64,000 nt of DNA from Octopus sinensis (GCF_006345805.1 NC_043004.1:40052001-40116000); one strand, 5' to 3'. Positions 1-10,773 are shown, counted from the first letter of the stretch. Made by a program: numbers and translations. The notes: a model not told the origin generated them from the letters alone.

Positions 1-699
1 ATATGTGGTTTAATCTTCATCTTTTCATCTTGAATTACTGGCGATCAACAGTCAGAGTTTAAAATATTAAATACACATTTATGTATTATTCTTCCTGTTG
101 TAGTTGCTTGTTATTGTTGTTATGATGATGATGATGATGACGATGATGATGATGATGGTGGTGGAGGTGGTGATGATGATGGTGGTGGTGATGGTAATGA
201 TGGTGATGGTGATGGTGATGGTGATGATGATGTAGAGTAGTGGTTCCGAAGGGAACTTGACATATAATTAATTACATGAGGATTGTGTTAGCAGCTGCTC
301 ATTTATCTTATCACAACTCAACAACCATACAACTATTACTGCCACTCCAAACACTTTTTTTTTTTGTTTTGTTTTAGCAAAGCAAAAGAACCAGCATAAG
401 CTGAATAAACCTGCTAGAAATACCAACCAGAATTTTCTAAAACACCTAGCCATCTTTTCACAACTTAACAAGTTATACTACCATCAACACCAGAGCAGTC
501 TGCCCCCTGCTTTATTTTTGAGAGCCAAGGAGAGAACAACAGCATGCTGAATCAACCTGCTAGAAATAGCAGCTTGATCTTTCTCAAACTACATCTTACC
601 CTGTTTGGAAAGGGCACACTGGTTTTTGTTCTTAGGTGTACATTATGTCTTAAAAAAAACAAATGAGGTTGTGATAGCTGGAATCATCATCATTATCAT

Positions 700-905
700 C
701 GTCATCATCATCATCATCCTTTAACGTCTATTTTTCCATGTTGTCATGGGTTAGATGGTTTGATCAGTGCTGGCCAGTAGGAGTGATGCACCAGTTTCCA
801 GTCTGGTTAAGCTTGGTTTCTACAGCTGGATGCCCTTCCTAATGCCAACCACTTAACAGAGTGTGCTGGGTGCTTTTAATGTGGCACTAGCACAAATACC
901 CATGA
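700..905 (-). mobile_element. RTE-LINE 3' UTR fragment (family E)
   Basis: Reverse of ...GGCATTAGGAAGGGCATCCAGCTGTAGAAACC...CCAACCCATG...GACGTTAAA(GAT)n. The same sequence follows RTE ORF2 at 3965-4390. Confidence 0.75.
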
Positions 906-1058
906 TAAAAGTTATTCAACAACAACAACAACAACAATCAACACTTTATAATCTTTATAATGCCAACTAACAAAAGATCTGTTCTGACACTGGTCTCGAC
1001 TAAAACAACACAACTCAACAAAGAAGTCTCAGATATGGTCTCTCAACATGTTAATAAC

Positions 1059-1304
1059 TCTCTCTCTATCCGCTCAGTCGAAGTTGACTCTCGGTCACTC
1101 GTTGGATCAGTGTCCTCCAGTCAGTTCTATCCTGGGCCGCTTCCTTCAGACTGGCCATGTCCATTCCGGTATCACTCCTGATGGTGTCAAGCCAGTGGGT
1201 TCTTGGTCGGCCTCTTCCTCTCTTGCCACTGACTATTCTGAGCATTATGTCCTTCTCCAGGGATTCTCTCCGCATAATATGACCGAAATGTGCCAATTTA
1301 CGCT
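1059..1304 (-). mobile_element. 5'-truncated RTE/BovB-like LINE (ORF2 C-terminus)
   Basis: Translation INKRKLAHFGHIMRRESLEK...GKRGRGRPRTHWLDTI...QDRTDWR, then a (GA)n tail. TGTTAATAAC flanks both ends (1049-1058, 1305-1314). Confidence 0.85.
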
Positions 1305-2171
1305 TGTTAATAACAACAAAATCTTAAAATCACACTCTTGTGAAAGGAAGGACACATTATACGATATGGCACAAGATAAAGAAAAAGACAGGATGGTCAG
1401 TTCAGGCTTAAAATGCCTTTAATCATAGGCCTACTCAATCAGGGTTGACTTGGGGTTAAACAACAAAGAACAACAAACCAACTTAATCAGAGCTTTTATC
1501 AAAAAACGTTTTTTAGAAACTGAGAAACCTTAACATAGAGGCATAGTTGTGTGGTTAAGAAGTTTGCTTGAAAACGTCATGGTTGTGGTTTCAATCCTAC
1601 TGCATGACAATGTTGATTGTCTTCTTCTATGAATCTATCATAGTCCAATGCCTTCGTGAGTTAATTTGGTAGGCAAGAACTGTGTGAAAGCCAGTCATAC
1701 AGAGTGTGTGTGTGTGTTCACAATAGGGATGAATAAAATACAATAAGTAATCAATGGTTTAATCCTATAACACCTAAATTTACTAATTAATATACAAGGG
1801 AAAAAAATTATTAAGCAAATCAAAACGCATCGTTGAAAAACTTGCAACAACCAGGAGACATAATTGCTTATATGTAACGGAGTTCAAGTGTAAATAATTT
1901 TTACTTGTCCAAACTTTCGATTTTGATGGGAGTTTTTTCCCATAACATAGGGAATCTGTGACACTAAAAATTATCAATAAGTGTTATTTACAATAGCTGC
2001 TACAAGATTAAATGACAGGTATGAAGTTACTCTCCAATATACTCCAACATCTGGTTCACAAATGTGCTACAGCTACTACTTCTCTTCCTTCTTCTTCTTC
2101 TACAGTGGCCTTCACTCCTCAGAGGTGCTTATTGCCTATATTGTACTTCCCCAATACTCTGCACTATCAAC

Positions 2172-2396
2172 TATGAGGAGGTGCTGAAAAGTTTCTGGCT
2201 TTGAGTTAAAGAAAATACAGGAAAATCAGATTATTTATGGTTTTATTCAACATATTCCCCTCTCATATTCACACACTTTTTGCAGTAGTCCTTCAGTTTT
2301 TCTAGGCCCTGTAAAAGAACTTCAGAAGGTTGGGCCTCCAAGCAGGCTTTTTAGGATACCCTTAATTCCAGGAACTTTTCAGCACCCACTTGAATA
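2172..2396. mobile_element. Tc1/mariner-type MITE
   Basis: TA-flanked imperfect TIRs: GGTGCTGAAAAGTT ... AACTTTTCAGCACC. Confidence 0.7.
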
Positions 2397-2402
2397 CATA
2401 TA

Positions 2403-2847
2403 TACAAAGGAGTATTGAAAAGTTACTGACTTTGGGTAAAAGATAATACAGGAGGATCAGTTAATTATGATTTTATTCAACATATTCCCCTCTCAGATTC
2501 CCAAACTTATCGCAGCTATCCTTCCGTTTTGCTAAGCCCCGTAAAAGAACTTGGAAAGTTGGGCTTCCAACCAGGCCTTTCATGATACCCTTAATCCTTT
2601 AGCATTCAGATTATTCTGTCAAATTCGATGCTTATTTATTCACGCTGCTTTTAATTAATCATGCATTATCTTGTAACTTTGAGATTTCAATTATGGGTTT
2701 GTTTACTCTTAGTATGATATTGCAGAGTAGGTGTGAGGGACTGTATTTGACCAGTTTGAACATAAAACAAATAGAATATTTTGGCTGGATATGGCCAGTT
2801 TAAAAACTAAAGGGTGAAAGCCGGGACATTTTTAGCACCCTGTAGTA
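2403..2847. mobile_element. Second copy of the same mariner-type MITE, interrupted by MITE-F
   Basis: Colinear with 2172-2396, including the shared TTTTATTCAACATATTCCCCTCTCA. Split at its internal TTAA. Confidence 0.7.
2595..2814. mobile_element. piggyBac-like MITE-F
   Basis: CCTTTAGCATT ... ACTAAAGGG termini between TTAA and TGAA. Homologous to 7616-7847. Confidence 0.75.
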
Positions 2848-3165
2848 TGTTAGCCCTCTGGGATTTCCTCCCTACCAATGTTTTTTCTTGCTCTGGTCAA
2901 ATTGCAATTATCCACGAAGAACATCTGCATTGCTGTCACTGACTACATTGGTCATTGGCCTCAAACAGCCAGTGAGAACAACTGGACACATCCTATTTAG
3001 CCAAACCAATCCAAAATAAATAAATAAACAAATAAATCTTTTATCCACTTTGAATGGCATCAAGTTTTTCAGTTTAGTAAAAAAACCTTTTGAACAACAT
3101 TAAACATTACTGCACTTTTAGATGTGCATTGTTGTTTGTGTGTATTTATATGTGTGCATTTGTTT

Positions 3166-3222
<57 letters not shown>

Positions 3223-3235
3223 TATACACATATGT

Positions 3236-3432
3236 AGCGAGAGTTACGAAAAAGCACACAAGATGAAGACAGGTGGTGTACAAAACAAACAGATGTATTA
3301 GTATAATGCTCAGGAATTGAAAAAGTCTTTTACGTTTCGAGCCTACGCTCTTCTACAGAAAGGGACACAGAAAAAACAAGAAGAGAAACAAGGAGAGAAA
3401 AAAATGTGTTTAGTGGCTAACAATCTATCATG
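3236..3432 (-). mobile_element. Penelope-like terminal repeat carrying a hammerhead-like motif
   Basis: Assigned from the minimal hammerhead architecture at 3327-3362. Boundaries approximate. Confidence 0.5.
3327..3362 (-). ncRNA. Minimal type I hammerhead-like motif, variant core CUGUAGA
   Basis: Minus strand reads CTTT-CTGTAGA-A-GAGC(gtag)GCTC-GAAAC-GTA-AAAG: stem I 4 bp, stem II 4 bp, palindromic ACGT stem III. Confidence 0.55.
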
Positions 3433-3964
3433 GGGACTAGATCCACTTAAACATGTTTGTATTGTATTTTTGGTACAAAGGAACATTGGCACTAATAGCT
3501 GTTTTGCTAAGCAATTCTGTTGACCAACTTCACATAAAATGCAAGTCCAGTCATAATTAATATAATAGCTCTTTGTCCTTGATGACATAAACCAATAGCC
3601 CTTACAATAGCTTCCTCCACTACAAATGCATTGTATAAAAAGGTTAATGATCTTTGAAAGTGCAAAGTAAGCAGATGACCCATTGATGGGAGAAATGACA
3701 ACAATGTCACTGCCCATAGCTGAGCAATTTTGGGAGAATTAAAAATGCAATCCCACAGATATACACACACATAAATGTAGACATACATATGCACACACAC
3801 AATGAAATCTGCTCACTAGGTTTTGATTGGCTCAAGGCTATGATAGAAGACACCAGCTCAAGATATAAGGCAGTGAGACTGAACTTGAAACCAAATGGTC
3901 AGGAGGTGAGCTTCTTAATCACACAGCTGTATCTGTGTGTTTAGACACACACACACACAACCAT

Positions 3965-4390
3965 CATTTTGGTCATCATCATTTAACATCCATTTTCCAT
4001 GCTGGCATAGGTTGGATGGTTTAACAGGAGCTGGTCAACTGAAAAGCTGCTTGGGCTCCATGTTTGTTTTTGCATGGTTTCTACAGCTAGATGCCCTTCC
4101 TATCACCAACCACTTTACAGAGTGTACTGGTTGCTTTTATGGGGCACTGGCACCGGTGCTTTTTATATGGCACCAGCACCCAATGAGCTCACAGGGTTAG
4201 GATTGCTCAGCTGAAGAGGGATGCAGGGCACATATCTGCATGCAAGGACAACCACGAAAATCACTTAACTTGACATGTCTTCTCAAGCACAATAAACCAC
4301 CAGAATTCTCGGTACCTTGTCATCTCCTCTGTGAGGCCCAACATCTGAAGATTCTCTCTCACCATTTTGTCCCACATCTTGTTGGGTCTA
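3965..4390 (-). mobile_element. RTE-clade LINE 3' end: ORF2 C-terminus plus 3' UTR (family E source)
   Basis: RPNKMWDKMVRENLQMLGLTEEMTRYREFWWFIVLEKTCQVK* runs into the family E UTR ending in (GAT)n. Confidence 0.8.
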
Positions 4391-4596
4391 AGGTAATATT
4401 TATCCTCCCTTAAGAGTGGATGCTGTGTTAGAACACAGAATACTGTGTTATTTACCATGAGAGAACCTCTCATATGGACTGAAGGTGAATAAAGGCACTC
4501 TTGTTTATTTCACTGGCGGGCAATAACCATCCACTACAGCTGCCGGAATTGCCAAATCACACAATTTCAGTCTTCCTTGGCCTTGTCAATGACAGA

Positions 4597-4847
4597 GGAA
4601 GCCACATGGCTTAGTGGTTTGAGTGTTCGACTCCTCATGATCATAAGATTGTGGTTTCAATTCCTGGACCAGGCGACACGTTGTGTTCTTGAGCAAAACA
4701 CATCATTTCACATTGCGCCAGTCCACTCAGCTGGCAAAAATAAGTAATCTTGTGATGGACTGGTGTCCCATCCAGTAGGGGAATTTATATGACATGGAAA
4801 CTGGGAAACCAGCCCTTATGAGTCGGTATGACTCAAGAAAGAAACTT
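4597..4847 (+). mobile_element. SINE-D (tRNA head + Meta-like core, tail W)
   Basis: A-box and B-box head, then GTTGTGTTCTTGAGCAAAACAC...CCACTCAGCTG core. Confidence 0.75.
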
Positions 4848-4849
4848 TG

Positions 4850-5097
4850 TGGAGGCATATGGTTTTGTGGTTAGGGTGTTGGACTCATGATTGTAAGATT
4901 GTGGTTTTGATTCCTTGACTGGGGGACAGGTTGTGTTCTTGAGTAAAACACTTTATTTCACATAGCTCTAGTCCACTCTGCTGGCAAAAATGAGTAATCC
5001 AGTGACCGGTGTCCTGCCCAAGTGAGGAATATATACTCCATGGAAACTAGGGAAACCAGCCCTTATGAGTCAGCGCGACTCGAGAAGGAACTTTTTT
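4850..5097 (+). mobile_element. SINE-D, tandem second copy (tail W)
   Basis: Head-to-tail with the previous copy and colinear with it. Confidence 0.75.
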
Positions 5098-5308
5098 TGT
5101 CAGTGACACATGTCTGCAGCTAGACATAGCAGTTTATTCCTCCCCCAGCAATGTACATAGAATCTCAATGTCTATTCAGGCACCGGTGTTGCTTGTGAGC
5201 TTATTAAAAAATAATAATTAATAGCAACAGAAACAGTATTAATAATAAAAACGAGCATTTATCTCTCAATTAACATGAATGCTATGTATATATGTATGTG
5301 TGTGCGTA

Positions 5309-5351
<43 letters not shown>

Positions 5352-5452
5352 ATGCATGTATGTATGTATGTATGTATGCATGCATGCATTTATGCAATAA
5401 GAGTTTAAAATTGCTCAAAAAGCCAGCACATGCTATCAACAGTTGGTGTTAA

Positions 5453-5510
5453 GAGTTACTGATGAGGATTAAGATGATCTACATCAAAATCTGAAATCGC
5501 GATCCGATTG
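5453..5510 (+). ncRNA. Minimal type I hammerhead-like ribozyme motif
   Basis: CTGATGA (5459-5465); stem II GGATT/AATCT with inner GATG/CATC; GAAA (5493-5496); palindrome ATCGCGAT; AUC triplet at 5502-5504. Stem I is decayed. Confidence 0.6.
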
Positions 5511-6152
5511 TTTTCTATGGGGACTTACCTCCCTTTGTCAGTCATTAAGACGGTGCTTTTGTGGCTTTTTGAGTCGTTTTAACTCTTATTTTTAGCAAAA
5601 GTGGTGCTAATCAGTACCCTCTGTCACTTTCGTGACCACTGTTAATTTTGCCTTTAGGTTCCAATTGCTAATAAGCGACCCTTTTTAATTTGTTCTTTAT
5701 ACATATATATATATATATACATACACACACACACACACATGTATATGTATGTGTATATGTGCATGTGTGTGTGTGTGTGCACACATATATAACCACATAC
5801 ACAAATATATACATATATATCTATATGTGTGTGTGGTGTATATATAAATATTCACACACATATAAATACACACACACACACAGGCATTCATATATATATC
5901 TATACACATACACACATTTTGTGAAACTAAGCAAGGATGTTGTTGCAGAACAACACAAAAGTACTTAATAAAAGTCAAAGACACTGAACAGAAGATAACA
6001 AAATCAATCCCTCAAATAGAAATTGAACTCGGCGCTTACCAAAGTACACAAACCAGATGAGGCAGCAGCCGAAGATTTGCAAATAGTAGCATGACTCATG
6101 ACCTTTGATTGTATTGGCCAGCCAGACAATGATGTCACACAGCTTCTGAAGC

Positions 6153-6217
<65 letters not shown>

Positions 6218-6232
6218 ACACACATACGCACG

Positions 6233-6264
<32 letters not shown>

Positions 6265-7012
6265 TGCACGCTCGCACATGAGATGAAGAGCTATTATTAA
6301 AGAAACACAAAAGAATGGTAAAATGATAAGATGGTGCATAATAGGATGTCCAGATATTTCATTTAACCCTTCCTTGACCATATATTTCCAATACAATACA
6401 ATTATTCTTTCGATGGCCATTGGACTGCAGCCAAGATGCTGCACCATCTCAAAGTGTTTTAGTTGACCTTATAAAACCCAGGAAGTATTTCTGTCTGGTA
6501 TCTGTTATTGATCTCTATGTGCTGCGTGGTTAATTTGCGTACGTAAAAGGTGTACAATATAAACACACCTGTACCAAGACCAGTGTTAACATAATTACAA
6601 ACACATCCACACATGTGTGAGTATCGTTTCTTCATTTTTATATCCAATTCGAGGCATTCTTTTATACTTGGATGCCCTCTTCATGTCTTTAGCATTTATC
6701 TATTTTCAAAATAAGGGACCTCGTATTTCCCATGCCAAGCCAAACATCGTGAGATGTTGTGCTGTGTTGTGTGGTCTACAGAGTGAAAATGACGAGCAAC
6801 AGAGTTTTGGCTTCTGAACTGGATGTCATGAAGATGTGAATGAACATCATGGCCATACAGGCAATGTTCTTCATTTCCAGTCGTTTGCGAAATATTTTCT
6901 CGCTTGGAAACAAGTGAGGGTTGGTGACAGGGAAGTCACCCAGGCAAAGGAAATCTGCCTCAGTGAATTTCATTTGATCCATATATATAATATACACAAA
7001 TATATATATATT

Positions 7013-7043
<31 letters not shown>

Positions 7044-7045
7044 AT

Positions 7046-7074
<29 letters not shown>

Positions 7075-7093
<19 letters not shown>

Positions 7094-7345
7094 TATTCTA
7101 TTATTATTAATAATAATAAAGATATATATATATTTATAATTTATAAGTTTAAATTATTAATTTAAATAATTTTTTAAAATTTTAACTTTAATTTAAATAT
7201 TTTAATTGGATTTTTATATTTTATATTTTATATTTCTTATATATTTTTTAATTAATTTTATTTCTATGTATTGGCTTATGATTTTCACTGTTTGATTTGC
7301 CTAATAGTGGTTTTATCTCTAATTTAATATAATATTATATATATA
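7075..7345. repeat. AT-only low-complexity tract
   Basis: Almost exclusively A/T. Confidence 0.9.
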
Positions 7346-7615
7346 TAGATAGATAGAAAGATAGATAGATACATACATACATACATACATACATACAAAC
7401 ATACATACATACATACATATGTGTTTATATATATTCTTTTACTTGTTTCAGTCATTTAACTGTGGCCATGCTGGAGCACCACCTCAAAGGGTTTGAGTAA
7501 ATCAACCCCAGGATTTATTTTTTAAACCAGTACTTATTCTATTAGTTTCTTTGGCAAAACACTAATTTACAAAGATGTTAATAAATTTGAAGTTTGGTAA
7601 AGGATTTCATTTTAA

Positions 7616-7847
7616 CCCTTTAGCATTCAGATTATTCTGTCAAATGTAATGCTTATTCACATTTACATGGTTTGGAATTAATCATGCATTCACTATCTTG
7701 TAGCTTTGAGATATCAATAACGTAGTCGTCTTGTTTTGTTTTTAAAATTGCATTGTAAGGGACTTACGAGAGGTCAGATCGGGTTCTTTTGAACATAAAA
7801 AAGGTAGGATATTTGGGCTGGATATAGTGGCATTAAATGCTAAAGGG
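7616..7847. mobile_element. piggyBac-like MITE-F
   Basis: TTAA|CCCTTTAGCATT ... AATGCTAAAGGG|TTAG. Confidence 0.85.
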
Positions 7848-7854
7848 TTAGATA

Positions 7855-8279
7855 GGCGCAGGTGTGGCTGTGTGGTAAGTAGCTTGCTTACCAACCACAT
7901 GGTTCCGGGTTCAGTCCCGCTGTGGGGCACCTTGGGCAAGTGTCTTCTACTATAGCCTCGGGCCGACCAAAGCCTTGTGAGTGGATTTGGTAGACGGAAA
8001 CTGAAAGAAGCCCATCGTATATATGTATATATATATATATATGTGTGCGTGTATGTTTGTGCGTCTGTGTTTGTCCCCCTAGCATTGCTTGACAACCGAT
8101 GCTGGTGTGTTTATGTCCCCGTCACTTAGCGGTTCGGCAAAAGAGACTGATAGAATAAGTACTGGGCTTACAAAAAAGAATAAGTCCCGGGGTCGAGTTG
8201 CTTGATTAAAAGGCGGTGCTCCAGAATGGCCGCAATCAAATGACTGAAACAAGTAAAAGAGTAAAAGAGTAAAGAGTAT
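7855..8279 (+). mobile_element. SINE-A, full-length composite copy
   Basis: tRNA-like head, CCTTGGGCAAGT core, TA/TG linker, second module, (AGAGTAAA)n tail. More than 20 full or partial copies in the window. Confidence 0.9.
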
Positions 8280-8441
8280 ATGAACACCATAATACGAGGT
8301 CTTAGATGAGGTATTATCAAAAAATTTAATATGTGTATCAGTCAAGCCTTGTCCTTGTATCATATAATTTAACACATTTATCAGTGTATATAATGACTGG
8401 ATTATACAAAGGATGAGCTAAACTAGTTTCAATCCCATAAT

Positions 8442-8781
8442 ACGTAAAGAGCCCCTTCAGCCATGAATGACCATGGGATTGCACCTAGAAAGTTCCCCTC
8501 TGTGGCACAAGTCCAGGCAAGGTTGTTTTATGGAAGATCAGCAGTCGCCCATGCATACCGGCCTCCCCTCTCCACACCACTGATGTTATCCAAGGAAAGG
8601 CAAAGGATGATACAGCTTGGCACCAGTGATGTCACAACTTGTTTCTACAGCTGAGTGAACTGGAGCAATGTGAAAAAAAGCATCTTGCTCAAGAACACAA
8701 CACACAGCCCGGTTGGGGAATCGAACTCACAACTTTATGATTGTAAGCCCAACACTCTAACCATTGCACTATGTGCCTTCA
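8442..8781 (-). mobile_element. SINE-D (tail Z) with 12-bp TSD
   Basis: TSD CAATCCCATAAT at 8430-8441 and 8782-8793. Confidence 0.9.
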
Positions 8782-8810
8782 CAATCCCATAATGATACTT
8801 CCTTTAAAGA

Positions 8811-9197
8811 GTGGAGGCGCAATGGCCCAGTGGTTAGGGCAGCGGACTCGCGGTCGTAGGATCGCGGTTTTGATTCCCAGACCGGGCGTTGTGAGTGTTT
8901 ATTGAGCGAAAACACCGAGAGCTCCACGAGGCTCCGACAGGGGGTGATGGCGATCCCTGCTGTACTCTTTCACCACAACTTTCTCTCACTCTTACTTCCT
9001 GTTTCTGTTGTACCTGTATTTCAAAGGGCCGGCCTTGTCACTCTCTTGTGTCATGCTGAATATCCCCGAGAACTACGTTAAGGGTACATGTGTCTGTGGA
9101 GTGCTCAGCCACTTACACGTTAATTTCACGAGCAGGCTGTTCCGTTGATTCGGATCAACCGGAACCCTCGTCGTCGTAACCGACGAAGTGCTTCCAC
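8811..9197 (+). mobile_element. SINE-C head with tail X, 14-bp TSD
   Basis: GGAGGCGCAATGGCCCAGTGGTTAGGG head. TSD ACTTCCTTTAAAGA at 8797-8810 and 9198-9211. Confidence 0.9.
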
Positions 9198-9354
9198 ACT
9201 TCCTTTAAAGACAAGGTGGTTACATCTGTCTATACATACAATGCTGGTTAAATGTCTATAAATATATTCAATAGTACAAATATAGCATTCAGGTAAAACA
9301 CTGTTAACATAAGTAATTTGTATGTGCATATGTGTGTGTGTGTGTGCATGCATG

Positions 9355-9386
<32 letters not shown>

Positions 9387-9875
9387 TATACACACACACA
9401 AACATTTATTTATACGTACACACACATGCATATGAACATACAAAAGCACACACACACACAAATAAACTAAACTTTTAGATCAGCCCTCTGGCCAGCTGGT
9501 GCAACATGCTTATGTCAGCAATATTGTTTATGGGTGACCTTGGGTTGGGTTTCAGTCTAATAATAGTCACATCATGCAAGTTCTGTCATTCATTGATCCT
9601 ACATGTGCAGCTACAAGCAAACGTCTGATGCATGTGTTGCATTCATCAATAGTTGAATAATTGAAGATTTGGAAGCCCCATGTGTTTGTGAAAAAACTTG
9701 TTTTTAGAGACTTTTCTAAAGTTTCAACAGCTCTGTAGAAAGGATTACCCGAGTCATTTCAAACTGGGAAAATCCACCTAAGATTACCTCAAGCTAATAT
9801 AAATTAGGCTTACCTTCCTAGACTGGGGGCTCCAGGAAGGACTGGACTTAGCTGTCAAACTATATTTAAAGTTGA

Positions 9876-10107
9876 AGGCAGCGAGCTGGCAGAAACGTTA
9901 GCATGCCGGGCGAAATGCTTAGCGGTATTTCGTCTGTCGTTACGTTCTGAGTTCAAATTCCGCCAAGGTCGACTTTGCCTTTCATCCTTTCGGGGTCAAT
10001 AAATAAAGTACCAGTTTCGCACTGGGGTCGATGTAATCGACTTAATCCGTTTGTCTGTCCTTGTTTGTCCCCTCTATGTTTAGCCCCTTGTGGGCAGTAA
10101 AGAAATA
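9876..10107 (+). mobile_element. SINE-B (Nin/Deu-like core, tail B1) with 15-bp TSD
   Basis: Core GTCGACTTTGCCTTTCATCCTTTCGGGGTC.ATAAAT.AAGTACCAG. TSD TATATTTAAAGTTGA at 9861-9875 and 10108-10122. Confidence 0.9.
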
Positions 10108-10139
10108 TATATTTAAAGTTGAGATCTTTTAGTGATTAA

Positions 10140-10663
10140 CCCTTAAGCATTCAGATGACTCTGTCAAATGTAATGCTTATTACTCTTTTATTTGTATCAG
10201 TCATTTCACTGCCTTTAGTAGTGTAGTGCCTTTAGTTGAACAAATCGACCCCAGGACTTATTCTTTGTAAGCCTAGTCCTTATTCTATCAGTCTCTTTTG
10301 CTGAATTGCTAAGTTACAGGGACAAAAGCATACCAGCATCAGTTGTCAAGTGATGTAGGGAGTAAAAAATAAGACACACAAATATATATATATATATATA
10401 TATACGGCAGGCTTCTTTCAGTTTCCATCTCCCAAATCCACTCATAAGGCTTTCATTGGCCTGAGGCTATAATAGGAGACACTTGCTCAAGGTGCCATGC
10501 AGTGGAACTGAACCCAGAACCATGGCTTCAAGATTGTGATGATGTGATTGTTTACTTTTACAATGACATTGTAAGGAAGGTGTGAGAGGTCAGATCCGAC
10601 TGGTTTGAACAAAATATAGGTAGAATATTTTGGCCTGACATGGCCAGTTTAAATGCTAAAAGG
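10140..10663. mobile_element. MITE-F interrupted by SINE-A (minus, ~10186-10525)
   Basis: Both MITE-F termini are present, and the two halves flank a SINE-A copy. Confidence 0.75.
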
Positions 10664-10773
10664 TTTAAGAGTTGTAGTGATTTTATTAGGACTTTTTCTC
10701 AAGAGGAAATATATCTTATAAGCAATGGAAAATGGTATTTGATAACCCTACTACTACCACCACCACCACCACC

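Noticed and set aside
5690-6447. ORFs rich in CVCV / HTHT / YIYI (also about 19.7, 27, 29.7, 44, 53.3 kb)
   Set aside because: They are translations of (TG)n/(CA)n/(TA)n microsatellites.
7742-8095. Recurring ORFs such as MLGGQTQTHKH... and ...SFRLPNPLTRLWSARGYSRRHLPKVP at many loci
   Set aside because: Incidental frames of SINE-A copies, not a gene family.
8811-8890. tRNA-like heads of SINE A-D as tRNA genes
   Set aside because: They continue into SINE bodies with TSDs and lack complete cloverleaves.
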